A DNA stretch of 64,000 nucleotides from an uncultured Bdellovibrio sp. GTDB lineage: Bacteria; Bdellovibrionota; Bdellovibrionia; Bdellovibrionales; Bdellovibrionaceae. The position numbers were made by a program, and so were the translations under genes. The notes under the pieces were generated by a model. That model searched no databases. It saw nothing but the letters and a program-made list of their open reading frames with translations, and was not told where the DNA came from. The DNA lies in assembly GCA_963932905.1 (NCBI GenBank), contig CAWVRN010000002.1, positions 96,001 through 160,000 on the forward strand, in the 5' to 3' direction. Of the stretch, positions 50,056-60,084 are shown one piece after another (the first letter of the stretch is position 1; each line of letters opens with the position of its first letter).

Positions 50056-51647
50056 AAATTTATTTTGGTTTCATCGCCTTGTTGTTATCGTTTTGTAGCT
50101 TGAGCTATCAATTTTTGATGGTGAAAATGATTGTTCCGTTCGTGCAAAACGAAGTTCTTTGCCAATCTGTTACTTTGGGATTTTTTCTTTTGGCTATGGG
50201 GCTAGGTAGTTATGTAGCACCCAATTTATACAAATCAGGAGGACTCTTCGGCCGCTTAGTAAAAGTTGAAATTTGTATCAGTTTAGTGGCGCTGTTTATG
50301 AGTTTTATGGTTTATGCGCTTCAACTTACAATTCAACTTTACGTTAGTGAGCGATCGGGATTTGGGCCTTTGGGTAAGACACTCGTGTTTCAATTCTTCA
50401 CGGTGCTGTTAGGTTTCTTAACAGGATTGGAAACGCCCTATTTGTTTTATTCGGCCAAAAGTAAAAGTGTGGATGTAAGTTTTAATTTTTTACTGGCGTT
50501 TAATTATCTAGGTGCCGTGATAAGCGCATTTACAACGAGTTTTGTTTTTAGTCGTCTTTTCTCTCCGTCGGCAGCTTTGATATTCATTGCTTTGATTAAT
50601 ATCTGCGTAGGTGTATTAATGGTCTTCACCGAATTTAAAGCTTGGCGACATCGTATTCTATCTGTTGTCACATTTGCTGCGCTAGTGCCGTTTTCTTCTT
50701 TGGCACTTCATAGTAATCTGCTTCTAGAGCAGATGTTTCTTAAGGCGTTCTATTACGATTTTAAGTTAGAGAGTTTTTCATTATTTGATTTCGAACAGCA
50801 TTTAAAATTTTCTCAGGATCTACAGAACGTGCAGCGGATATACACTCCTTATCAAATTATCGATATTTTGCCGGCACAGACTCGATTTGCAGAGTATCTA
50901 AATAGTGAATGGTCGCTGTACTTGGATCATCAACCACAATTTACAAAGGATTCGTCGTCTTTGTATCACGAAACTATGGTGTTTGGCGCGGTGAATTTGA
51001 ATAAAACAAAACCTGCTAGTATTCTTATTCTGGGTGGTGGGGATGGATTGGTGGCGCGTGAATTACTTAAGTTTAATTTCGTGAGGACTATAGAACTGGT
51101 GGAGCTTGATGAGGTTATGCTCAACTTAGCTAATTCAGATTCAAGGTTTACGGATTTAAACCATTATTCGTTATCTGACCCCAGAGTTTCGGTTATAATC
51201 GATGATGCTTACAAATACATAAAACTGAGTAAAAAAAAGTATGACGCCGTTTTTATAGATTTCCCTTTTCCAGTTAATTTTGAATTAAGCCGTTTATATA
51301 GTAAAGAGTTCTATCAACAAGTGGAAAGACTATTAGTCGAAGATGGTTTTATTGCTTTGGATTTGCCTTTGAAATATCGAACAGAAGCTGCGGATGCTCC
51401 TCAAATGGCAATTTCACGTACTGTCTATCAATCGGGATTTAAAAATATGCTTTTGTTTGGCCCGTTGAATCCATTTCTTTTCGCAAACAAAAAGGACCAA
51501 GCGCTAGAGTTTGACTATGAGGAAATTAAAAAAGACGTTTCAGCAAGAACGTTAATGAATTTGATCCCAGCTAACGAGTTTGATTTGGACCACGTGAAAA
51601 AAGATGGACCTATCAACAGTATATATAAGCCAATGGTGTTCCGATGA
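50052..51647 (+). CDS. Membrane-fused spermidine-synthase-like (aminopropyltransferase fold) protein
   Basis: About 7 N-terminal TMs; TPYQ, LYLD..PQF, YHE, LILGGGDG, VELD, DDAY, IDFPFP, LYSKEFY. Confidence 0.88.
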   Translation: MKIYFGFIALLLSFCSLSYQFLMVKMIVPFVQNEVLCQSVTLGFFLLAMGLGSYVAPNLYKSGGLFGRLVKVEICISLVALFMSFMVYALQLTIQLYVSERSGFGPLGKTLVFQFFTVLLGFLTGLETPYLFYSAKSKSVDVSFNFLLAFNYLGAVISAFTTSFVFSRLFSPSAALIFIALINICVGVLMVFTEFKAWRHRILSVVTFAALVPFSSLALHSNLLLEQMFLKAFYYDFKLESFSLFDFEQHLKFSQDLQNVQRIYTPYQIIDILPAQTRFAEYLNSEWSLYLDHQPQFTKDSSSLYHETMVFGAVNLNKTKPASILILGGGDGLVARELLKFNFVRTIELVELDEVMLNLANSDSRFTDLNHYSLSDPRVSVIIDDAYKYIKLSKKKYDAVFIDFPFPVNFELSRLYSKEFYQQVERLLVEDGFIALDLPLKYRTEAADAPQMAISRTVYQSGFKNMLLFGPLNPFLFANKKDQALEFDYEEIKKDVSARTLMNLIPANEFDLDHVKKDGPINSIYKPMVFR

Positions 51648-52402
51648 AGATTTTTATTTTGATCCTTTTCTTCATATCCTGTTCCTATTCGGTACCGGTA
51701 CACGAGTTCTTTAAGAAAGGAAATGTCGCCTACTATCAAATTAATTCGACAAATATTTTCGATTATTTTAGGCGCAAATTAAAATGGCCTTCAAACGGTC
51801 ATGCAGAATTATTTGAATCGTGTCGTAAGCAATATACTCATTTTGGTTTAGATTTAAATAGCGATGTAAAAGTAACTTTGTTTCAAATTAAATTGGGACT
51901 CGATACGACAAAAACTCAAAACCTAGACTATTACTGTTTAGTTAATGCGTCCATCGCAAAACAGTTCGAGAAAATTGAAGGTAAGAAGAGGATTAAATTA
52001 CAAGCGGGTTTGTATTACCATTTGAAATGGAATATTTTAGATTCGAAACTGTCCGTGTTTGTAGTCGAAAAATCCTTACCTGCGTCGTCTGCTAGCGCTT
52101 CATTGCCAAGTGGATTCTCGTTTCTATCGTTGTACTTGTCGAATCTGGAAACTGGAAAAAAGATCTATTTTATGAAAACGACAGATAGGCGCAAAGCTAC
52201 AACTATTCATCCTTTGCTGGATATAAAATACCCCGTTCTTTTAGATGAACAAAATGGCGAATATGAATTCGCACTCATCGAAACCAATCCTCAGTTTTTT
52301 GAAGAGAAAACTAGAGGTGTATTTAAAGAATTCAGCCATATATTTGGCATAATTCCCGATCGCATGGCGTGGCGAGGCGGACCGATAGCGGTGATGCCAT
52401 GA
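51644..52402 (+). CDS. Putative lipoprotein, hypothetical
   Basis: MKIFILILFFISC lipobox-like; ATGA overlaps on both sides. Confidence 0.7.
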   Translation: MKIFILILFFISCSYSVPVHEFFKKGNVAYYQINSTNIFDYFRRKLKWPSNGHAELFESCRKQYTHFGLDLNSDVKVTLFQIKLGLDTTKTQNLDYYCLVNASIAKQFEKIEGKKRIKLQAGLYYHLKWNILDSKLSVFVVEKSLPASSASASLPSGFSFLSLYLSNLETGKKIYFMKTTDRRKATTIHPLLDIKYPVLLDEQNGEYEFALIETNPQFFEEKTRGVFKEFSHIFGIIPDRMAWRGGPIAVMP

Positions 52403-53445
52403 CCAGTATTCAAGAAACTAGTCCTCCTAGACTTTATTTGTTGGATTGGGTTCGTCTTATTTTTTTGAGTCTAATTTTTTTATATGATGCCTACGCGGCG
52501 GTCTGGCCAGGGGAAGTTCAGTGGCCCTTCGGTAAAGCCTTTACGTGGGATTGGTCGTATAACTTTTTTGCTAGCTTTTCGTTCGCGGGTTTTGTGGTGT
52601 TAGCCGCATTTGCATTTTTGGCCGGTTATAAAAAGGGCAAAGTTCAGTTTTTTAACTTACTCGTTTTGTTGTTTGTAGGAGTCATCGCAGTCAGTTTTTG
52701 GGAAGGTGGATTGAAGTGGGAATCTTTAGGTAATGAATGGGATATTTATCATTATCTTTTGATCAATGCGTTTTGTATTTACTTGATCAGTTGGAAGCCA
52801 AAATTAAAATGGATATTAGGTCTTGTTGGAATTTCGTTGTTCCTTTTGCCTTGGAAAAACTACGCCGCTGATTTTAATTTTTCTATACCTATCCAGAGAA
52901 TTTTTACAGGCATTTGCTTGCAGGACGGTCGAGGTGGATGGCACCTGTTTCCTTGGATCGGTCTTTCTTGGGTGATGTATCTTTTTGGTGACATCACGGC
53001 TCGACGACCATTTGTTCAGATCCGTGAGCTGGTGTTATGGGTGCCTGTTCTGGCTTTTTGTTTTTGGAATTGGGGAGCTTATAGTCATCCGCCATTGAGC
53101 CTTGGATTCTATTGCTACGTGTTCGGTCAGTCTAATTTGAATTTTTGGATTCACATGTTACCTATTATGTTTTTATTTCGAGTTTCTACGGCTTCGTTTG
53201 TTCAAAAAATATTTATAAATTACCCGGTTTTACAATGGCCTTCACATTTGTATATGAGTAAAAAACTGGGGCTTGCGTTTCTCACGCACATCGTTGTTTG
53301 CTCGGTTTTTGCTGAGTTCGAAGCGTTTTTTCAAACGTCTTCGCTACGGCTAGAGATATATTTTATTGTTATCCTTCCCTTGATTGAAGGATTTACACGG
53401 TTGCTAGACATGCTTATGGTAAGGATAAGAGCTAAGATGGCTTGA
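52399..53445 (+). CDS. Polytopic membrane protein, HGSNAT/acyltransferase-3-like
   Basis: RLYLLDWVR N-terminal motif, LFPWIG, about 10 TMs; start at the ATGA overlap. Confidence 0.6.
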   Translation: MTSIQETSPPRLYLLDWVRLIFLSLIFLYDAYAAVWPGEVQWPFGKAFTWDWSYNFFASFSFAGFVVLAAFAFLAGYKKGKVQFFNLLVLLFVGVIAVSFWEGGLKWESLGNEWDIYHYLLINAFCIYLISWKPKLKWILGLVGISLFLLPWKNYAADFNFSIPIQRIFTGICLQDGRGGWHLFPWIGLSWVMYLFGDITARRPFVQIRELVLWVPVLAFCFWNWGAYSHPPLSLGFYCYVFGQSNLNFWIHMLPIMFLFRVSTASFVQKIFINYPVLQWPSHLYMSKKLGLAFLTHIVVCSVFAEFEAFFQTSSLRLEIYFIVILPLIEGFTRLLDMLMVRIRAKMA

Positions 53446-53588
53446 AATATTTACTGTACGTTTTCTTTTCGTTTTCAATAAAATCTACAAATTCAAAATC
53501 GCTAGACAAGTGATTTCATTCCCGTCATTTATTTTCATGGAAAAAACAGAGGATTTGAGTTATCACACTATCCCTATGGGGAGCTTAC

Positions 53589-54803
53589 ATGGCAAATAGA
53601 GCAATATTAAGGGGTTTGGCTAGTTCTACTAAGAATTTAACAATAGCTCTTATTTTTTCATCTCAGTCACTTTGGGCGCAAGCGCCTGCAACGTCGTCGA
53701 CAACTTTGCCCTCTAACGGAACTACGTCTACTACTTTAGCGACAAAGCCTGAAGAGAAAGACAAAAAATTAAGTGGTTCAGTTAAGGTCACAACATTAGG
53801 TCGCGGGATTCAAGATAAGAACTTGAAATCAAGAGTTGGGTGGACATTCGTAGAAGCGGGTGTTGATACTGAGTATACAGACTGGTTGGCATTCAATATC
53901 GGTGTTGTCGGCGTATTCGGTGAAGGCGCGGGACAAAACTATCTTTCTGATGAAGGCGGCGGTTCAAGCGCTCTGTTATTAGATTATGCTGGTGTTAACA
54001 TTAAGCCAATTCAACAAATCAATTTAAAAGCAGGTGTGATCGGTTACCAAATCAATCCACTTTACACAACTATGTCTCCAGGGACTAGTTTGGGTGCTGA
54101 ACAAAAATTTGAATTAGCGACTCCATCAGAAACTTTTAAATTCACTCTACAAGGTAACGAAGCCGTTCCTTCAGTGGGTGTTTCTAAAGGTTTAGTTGAA
54201 GACGATAAAAATCCATTCTTCTTAGCTGGTTCAGTTATCGGCGAAGTGAATGTGAAACCAATCGGGACTAAATTAAAATTAGCGGGCACACAGTTCAGAT
54301 TCGGTAACTTACCAAAAAGCCAAGCAGCAAGTTCATTAACTGCGGGTAACTCGGTAAACGCAGTAGCTGGCGTGGGCGATGAAATGCAATACGTAATCAG
54401 TTTCGCTGGTACTGAAGTAGCTGCGGTTCTTGAAACGGATTGGACTTCAAAAGTAAAAACAACGGCTAAAGCTGTGGCGATCAAAAATGATCGTATTACT
54501 GAAGCGAATACGGGCCGTATGGGTCGTTTCGATTTAAGAATGGTTTTTGGCAATATCGCTTTAAAACCATCGGTAACTGTTTTCGAAGTGCAAGCAGATA
54601 CAACTCCAGCAGGGTACACAATCTTGTCTAATCGATATAACAATCGTAAAGGTCAAGTGGCTGGTCTAAGCCTAGAGTTAGTTAAGCAGAAGGTCATTTT
54701 CTTCGGTAACTACACTAAGGCAGAAGAAATTGTGGATAGTCCGTTTTTATCAGATAGAGAAATTTATAATATTGGGGTGGAGGTTAACTATGATCTTTTC
54801 TAG
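53589..54803 (+). CDS. Outer-membrane beta-barrel (porin-like) protein
   Basis: Signal peptide, amphipathic beta strands, C-terminal YNIGVEVNYDLF ending in Phe. Confidence 0.8.
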   Translation: MANRAILRGLASSTKNLTIALIFSSQSLWAQAPATSSTTLPSNGTTSTTLATKPEEKDKKLSGSVKVTTLGRGIQDKNLKSRVGWTFVEAGVDTEYTDWLAFNIGVVGVFGEGAGQNYLSDEGGGSSALLLDYAGVNIKPIQQINLKAGVIGYQINPLYTTMSPGTSLGAEQKFELATPSETFKFTLQGNEAVPSVGVSKGLVEDDKNPFFLAGSVIGEVNVKPIGTKLKLAGTQFRFGNLPKSQAASSLTAGNSVNAVAGVGDEMQYVISFAGTEVAAVLETDWTSKVKTTAKAVAIKNDRITEANTGRMGRFDLRMVFGNIALKPSVTVFEVQADTTPAGYTILSNRYNNRKGQVAGLSLELVKQKVIFFGNYTKAEEIVDSPFLSDREIYNIGVEVNYDLF

Positions 54804-56955
54804 AAATAAGGTGAAAAGCCTATTAGGTGTTTTCTTAAGCGCAGGTTTGTTAATCTCTTGTAGTGAGAACAATGAACCGCAAGTCAAAGGTGCAAACAAT
54901 TCTACGTTCTACGTAGATGCTTTAACAGCGAAGTTTGCTACTGTTGGTGAGCCAAATGCTCAAGGTAAACAAAGCAAAAAATTGATTTCGTTTGAAGCGT
55001 GTTTAAAAGACAACGCGCAAACTAATTCAGTTAGTAACTTGAAATTTGATATCGTTGCTGGTGAAGCCGCTGCGACGAAAGTTTCTGACTACCGTGGTTG
55101 CCTAGTTTGGTACGAATTAGTGGATTTTGATCCAGATGCAGAAGTTAAAAACATCTTCATGTCTCGTGACGTAAAAGCAACGGAATCCCATTCAGGAACT
55201 GAAAAACTAGTTTTCTGGGTTAATCCACATAAAGATACGTTTGAATTTAATCGTCATGGTACTGCTGGAGCGGCTATGCAATCAGCTCCAATTAGCTACA
55301 AATTAAGTCGTGATGTTAAAACTAGCTCGTTAGCTGGTTATGACTATGACATCTACGTTAAAATCAATGAAGACGTGAACAGCTTGTTAAGCCCAATTCG
55401 TCGTCAAGCAGAGATCACATCTTTGCGTTTAGATTTCCGTAATATCGATTACACAAACATCGAAGTTGATTCAAAAATGAATTTAACTTTCCCATATACA
55501 TATAAGACAAGCTTAGCGATGGACCTAATCCGTCAAGATCTTGGAAATATCACGGCTGAGAAAATCAAACGTGGTAACTTTATGTTCAACTTAGTGTTCT
55601 TAAAAGATATGGCTAAAGTTGATAAACCATCAGCATCTGATGTAGTAGCTGCGGTTCAATGGTCGGCTCGTCCACGGGGCGATGCAGGTTTAATTGAAGT
55701 TCCTATCAGCGTTAAGTTTAGCAACATTGCAGCGTTATCAAGCCGTATGAACGTTTTATTAACGATCACATCTTTAGATACGCCAGCTTTGTTTGCTGAT
55801 CAAAGCTATGATGGTATCGTTAACGGTATTTCAGCCAATGACAACTTGGATATCTCTTTGATTCCAAATGAAAATAGCGCTCGTGATTTGTTAGAAAAAT
55901 ACGAAGCTGAAAAAGCGCAGAAGCCAGTTCGTAACTTAACTGCTAAACAAGTTCTTGAATCTGAAGGTTTCGAAGCAGTTTCAAGTGCGGCTGTTAAATT
56001 TTCTTCCAGCAAAGGTTTCTTTTCGAAACCAACGGAATCGACTGTTGATTTAGCTAAAGTGGTTGAAAACTTGGGCGAGAACCAACAATTAACTGACGTG
56101 GAAGAAAAAGCAGTTTGTGCGGCTTTCTTTTTGGGTAAAATGCAAGGTAATGAAAAAGCGTACAAAGATTGCTTAAACAGTCCAAATCGCGTGTTGAATG
56201 CGGAAATTCGCGAATTTGCGAATTCGGTGGATGGTAAACCTTCAAACATTTCTTTCGGTAGAACTGAAAATTTAAAAATCAGCGCTGCGTTTGAATTAGC
56301 TCAAGGTTCCTCAAAAACATCTGGTTACAATCTGGATGCTAATATCGGTGGAAATATCGATGCTGGTGCAACAGCTGGTATCGGTGCACTGATCCCTGTT
56401 CCTAAAGCTCCGGTTAAAACGGACGTTGGTATCGGTGTTAAACTTGGTTTAGGTGGCAAAGCATACACAGCTAAAGCATTAGAGAAATCTGAAAAAGGCA
56501 CGAAAGCTGTTAGTATCTCTTCTACTGAGGCGGTTTCTTCGCAGCCAATCGCGGTTACTTTGGATCTAACGACAACTAAGTGTTTACTTGTTGTTGCTAA
56601 CCAAAACTATGTCGCGAGTACTAAAGCTGGAGCAATGCCTAAAGCAAAATACTTATGCTCTAAGAACGCGTTAAAAGGTCAACGTACTGAATACTTCTTC
56701 TTGTTGAATCATCAACGTGTAGATGGAAACAGCGCTGTGACAGATATGCATTCGGCCGTAGTTAATCCTTTAAGAATGTTAGTTCGTGGTCAACGACCAT
56801 ACGAATTCTTAAAAGGAATTTTAACTAGCGAAAAATTCAGCTACAAATTATTAGTTGGAATGAACGCTGATCAAGTTACTGAAGACCCAACTAACTTTGT
56901 AACTCAAGAAGCTCCAATGATGCTTTCTTCGACACGCAAAGTAGTTCTTAAATAG
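54790..56955 (+). CDS. Large beta-rich lipoprotein, hypothetical
   Basis: GGAGG RBS, start MIFSRNK overlapping the porin stop, lipobox LISC. Confidence 0.8.
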   Translation: MIFSRNKVKSLLGVFLSAGLLISCSENNEPQVKGANNSTFYVDALTAKFATVGEPNAQGKQSKKLISFEACLKDNAQTNSVSNLKFDIVAGEAAATKVSDYRGCLVWYELVDFDPDAEVKNIFMSRDVKATESHSGTEKLVFWVNPHKDTFEFNRHGTAGAAMQSAPISYKLSRDVKTSSLAGYDYDIYVKINEDVNSLLSPIRRQAEITSLRLDFRNIDYTNIEVDSKMNLTFPYTYKTSLAMDLIRQDLGNITAEKIKRGNFMFNLVFLKDMAKVDKPSASDVVAAVQWSARPRGDAGLIEVPISVKFSNIAALSSRMNVLLTITSLDTPALFADQSYDGIVNGISANDNLDISLIPNENSARDLLEKYEAEKAQKPVRNLTAKQVLESEGFEAVSSAAVKFSSSKGFFSKPTESTVDLAKVVENLGENQQLTDVEEKAVCAAFFLGKMQGNEKAYKDCLNSPNRVLNAEIREFANSVDGKPSNISFGRTENLKISAAFELAQGSSKTSGYNLDANIGGNIDAGATAGIGALIPVPKAPVKTDVGIGVKLGLGGKAYTAKALEKSEKGTKAVSISSTEAVSSQPIAVTLDLTTTKCLLVVANQNYVASTKAGAMPKAKYLCSKNALKGQRTEYFFLLNHQRVDGNSAVTDMHSAVVNPLRMLVRGQRPYEFLKGILTSEKFSYKLLVGMNADQVTEDPTNFVTQEAPMMLSSTRKVVLK

Positions 56956-57000
56956 GGGTACCTCCTAACATTCTGGTACCCGGCGCGTTGAAAAATGTGT

Positions 57001-58542
57001 TTAAGCAGCGGATTGTTTGCGTGATGAAGATTCTTGGGCGATAGCTCCATGGACTTCGATTGGTAAATCTAGGCCTCGGATTTTTTGTAGGCCTAGATTT
57101 GTAAATTTAGATCTGTGTTTTGAGTTCACTTTGTTTAGGAAGTGCGAACTGACCACCAGCCCTACTTGATTGTCTTTACATAACCCTTCTAATCGAGACG
57201 TAACATTCACCGGATCGCCGATGATGGTATACTGAAGCTTATCTTTAGAGCCAATAGATCCTAAGATTACGGTCCCTTCGTGAAGACCAATGCCTAATTG
57301 AATTTTAGGAAGGTTCTTCTTTCTAAGTTTGATATTCGTTTGATTCAATTTGATGTGCATGTCGAAAGCGGCTTTCAGCATGTTTTCGTATACCTTTGGT
57401 GAGCCTTCTTCAATCGCATACGCCAAGATCCCATCACCGATGAATTTATCGACTACGATACCGTTTTCAACAAAGACTTCGATCATGTCAGAGAAATAGA
57501 TGTTAAGCATATCTACAACGTCTTGAGGTTTTAGCTGCGAAGATAATGTTGTGAAGTTTCTGATGTCAGCCATCATAATAGCGACTTTTTTGGAATCGCC
57601 AGAATAAGCATACGCTGGTTCATCTTTATCTAATATATCTTGCGCGACAGAGTCAGAAACAAAGGAAGAGAAACCTTTTAATAGGCGACCTTTTTTTACT
57701 AGAGTATCAGATAGGCGATTCATTAAATTAAATACGACCGAGAAAAATCCTGAATTCATCGTATTTGAGCGAAACATGAAATTTTGCGATTGGATCGATT
57801 GCAAGTGGCATTCAACTTCACGTGATAGAATCAAATTTTTATAAAAGTCGAAATAGAAGATAATCATCTGCCAAACAATCACCACGCCCGTTAAATAGAA
57901 GAATTTTTCTTTTTGTTCAGCCATGATTTGCTCTGGGTTTTCCCAGCCAGTTTGGCGGATGAACATCAACGAGAAGTAGCTGCCAAAGAACAAGACAATA
58001 CCAATCACAGGAATAATTTTGTTTTTTTGTTCAATGACCCAAAGATGGAAAAGGGTTTGATTAGAAGCAACAGATTCTCTAAATACGCGCTTACGAGTAA
58101 TAAATAATAGTTCCGTTTCAATCCATTGCCATGTGGTAACCAAAATCATTGACATGCATATCCACAGAAACATTTTAATAGAATCCGCATTAGGACTGAT
58201 GTCGGAAAGATGTTTGTCGTATATAGAAGAATTTAAATAGAAGTTGGCAAAATGGATGGCAAGGAAGGCGACAGGAAGAAGGTTCACCGTCAACGATTTC
58301 GACAAGAACGTTTTCGGCCATTTTTTAATCGCGTAGAAGAATCCAAACAAAGTCAGCGTCTGAATCAGAACAACCGTGACCGCAAACTGAGTAGCCACGC
58401 GGCATCCAAATAGAAAGCCATGTTCCTGCATGATCGGGCAAATGTTTACGCCAAAGTAGGACAGCACTGGAATCAGTGCTAGGTGCGAGCAGATGAAGAA
58501 GACAAAGCTGATGAGGGTGAACTTCTGAATTCGCATGCCCAT
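57001..58542 (-). CDS. Membrane-bound class III adenylate cyclase
   Basis: About 6 TMs; MADIRNFT, DKFIGDG, GIGLHEG, YTIIGDPVNVTSRLE. Confidence 0.92.
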   Translation of the reverse strand: MGMRIQKFTLISFVFFICSHLALIPVLSYFGVNICPIMQEHGFLFGCRVATQFAVTVVLIQTLTLFGFFYAIKKWPKTFLSKSLTVNLLPVAFLAIHFANFYLNSSIYDKHLSDISPNADSIKMFLWICMSMILVTTWQWIETELLFITRKRVFRESVASNQTLFHLWVIEQKNKIIPVIGIVLFFGSYFSLMFIRQTGWENPEQIMAEQKEKFFYLTGVVIVWQMIIFYFDFYKNLILSREVECHLQSIQSQNFMFRSNTMNSGFFSVVFNLMNRLSDTLVKKGRLLKGFSSFVSDSVAQDILDKDEPAYAYSGDSKKVAIMMADIRNFTTLSSQLKPQDVVDMLNIYFSDMIEVFVENGIVVDKFIGDGILAYAIEEGSPKVYENMLKAAFDMHIKLNQTNIKLRKKNLPKIQLGIGLHEGTVILGSIGSKDKLQYTIIGDPVNVTSRLEGLCKDNQVGLVVSSHFLNKVNSKHRSKFTNLGLQKIRGLDLPIEVHGAIAQESSSRKQSAA

Positions 58543-58543
58543 A

Positions 58544-58570
58544 CTATCGGTAGACTTTGGTAAAGCATTA
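58544..58570 (-). promoter_or_regulatory. Putative sigma28 promoter of the cyclase gene
   Basis: Minus strand TAATG-N14-ACCGATAG directly before the ATG. Confidence 0.45.
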
Positions 58571-58647
58571 CGGGTTTCTGATGAAAATTCGCTGTGATTA
58601 AAGAGTCACACGAAGATTGGGTTTAGTGACTCATGAAATCTTTAAAT

Positions 58648-60060
58648 TTACGAAGGAAGTGACTCTTTTTGAGTCACATTTTCGGAATTCAACGTGGCTG
58701 ATGCGTTGATACCAAGGGTCTCATCGACCGGAAGATTCAACCACTGCGCGAAAGCAACGCGGGCATTTTGGATTTGTAGATCCTTTTTTGCCTTCTTATC
58801 TGCCTTTTTACCCACCATGCCTTCGATCGGAGGAAGCAAGCCAAAATTGATGTTGGTCGGTTGAAAGTGTTTAGCGCGAGTTTCATCCGTGATAGCTTCT
58901 AAAATAGAACCCATGGCGGAGGCTCGCGGAGGATACGAAACTTCCCGGCCATTAATTTTATCATCCAAGAACTTGGCAACCAGAGCGCCCGTGCACGTTG
59001 ATTCAAAATAGCCTTCAACGCCCGTGATTTGACCAGCGAAGAACAACCAAGGGTCTTTGCGACTAGAAAGATCCTTGTTCAATAATGACGGCGTATTGAT
59101 GAACAGATTGCGATGAATACTGCCTAGTTTTAAGAACTCAGCATTTTCAAGACCTGGAATTGTTCGGAAAATACGGACTTGTTCACCGTAAGTCATGCGC
59201 GTTTGAAAACCGACCATGTTAAACGCCGTACCTTCTTTATTATCCTGTCTTAGCTGAACAATTGCATATTCGTCGCGGCCTGTTTTTGGATTTGCTAAGC
59301 CGACTGGTTTCATCGGGCCAAATCGAGGTGTTTGTAGTCCGCGTTCAACCATGGTTTCGATCGGCATACACCCTTCGAAGTAACTGGTTTTCTCGAATTC
59401 TTTCGGTTCCACTTTTTTTGCTGCTTCGATTTCACGGACGAAATTCCAATACTGTTCTTTATTGAACGGGCAGTTGATGTAATCGGGAGTGCCTTTATCA
59501 TAGCGATCGGCTTTCCAACAGATATCCATGTTGATGGAATCAACATCTATGATCGGCGCGATTGCATCGAAGAAGTACAAGAAGTTTCCGCCGAAGTGCT
59601 CTTGCATAGATGCTGCCAATGAAGGTGCTGTTAAGGGACCCGTAGCGATCACCAGTGGACGAGGTAACTGATCAAGGCTGTTGATCATCTCGTCGTACAC
59701 TTTGATATTCGGATTTGATTTTACTAATTGATCCATGTTCGCAGAAAAACGTTCGCGATCGACGCTTAATGCTTGGCCAGCGGGAACGGCGTTAGATTTT
59801 GCAGTTTTTAAAACGAACGAATTTAATTTTTCCGCTTCCCATTTTAATTGGTGAGGCGCACTTCCTTCAGACTGTGAACCGAATGAGTTTGAACATACAA
59901 TTTCTGCTAAATTCGGTGATTTATGTGCTTCCGAAAAATGTTTAGGCTTCATTTCGTAAAGATGTACAAAATACCCACGTGATGCCAGCTGTAATGCACA
60001 CTCAGACCCGGCTAAACCGCCACCTACAACATAAATTTCTTTTTTACTTGAAGCCGTCAT
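58648..60060 (-). CDS. trmFO: Folate/FAD-dependent tRNA (uracil-5)-methyltransferase TrmFO
   Basis: GGGLAGSE, EIVCSNS, YFFDAIAPI, FGPMKPVGL, AGQITGVEGY. Confidence 0.96.
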   Translation of the reverse strand: MTASSKKEIYVVGGGLAGSECALQLASRGYFVHLYEMKPKHFSEAHKSPNLAEIVCSNSFGSQSEGSAPHQLKWEAEKLNSFVLKTAKSNAVPAGQALSVDRERFSANMDQLVKSNPNIKVYDEMINSLDQLPRPLVIATGPLTAPSLAASMQEHFGGNFLYFFDAIAPIIDVDSINMDICWKADRYDKGTPDYINCPFNKEQYWNFVREIEAAKKVEPKEFEKTSYFEGCMPIETMVERGLQTPRFGPMKPVGLANPKTGRDEYAIVQLRQDNKEGTAFNMVGFQTRMTYGEQVRIFRTIPGLENAEFLKLGSIHRNLFINTPSLLNKDLSSRKDPWLFFAGQITGVEGYFESTCTGALVAKFLDDKINGREVSYPPRASAMGSILEAITDETRAKHFQPTNINFGLLPPIEGMVGKKADKKAKKDLQIQNARVAFAQWLNLPVDETLGINASATLNSENVTQKESLPS

Positions 60061-60084
60061 AAATTCTTTATAACCTCGCGGGAA

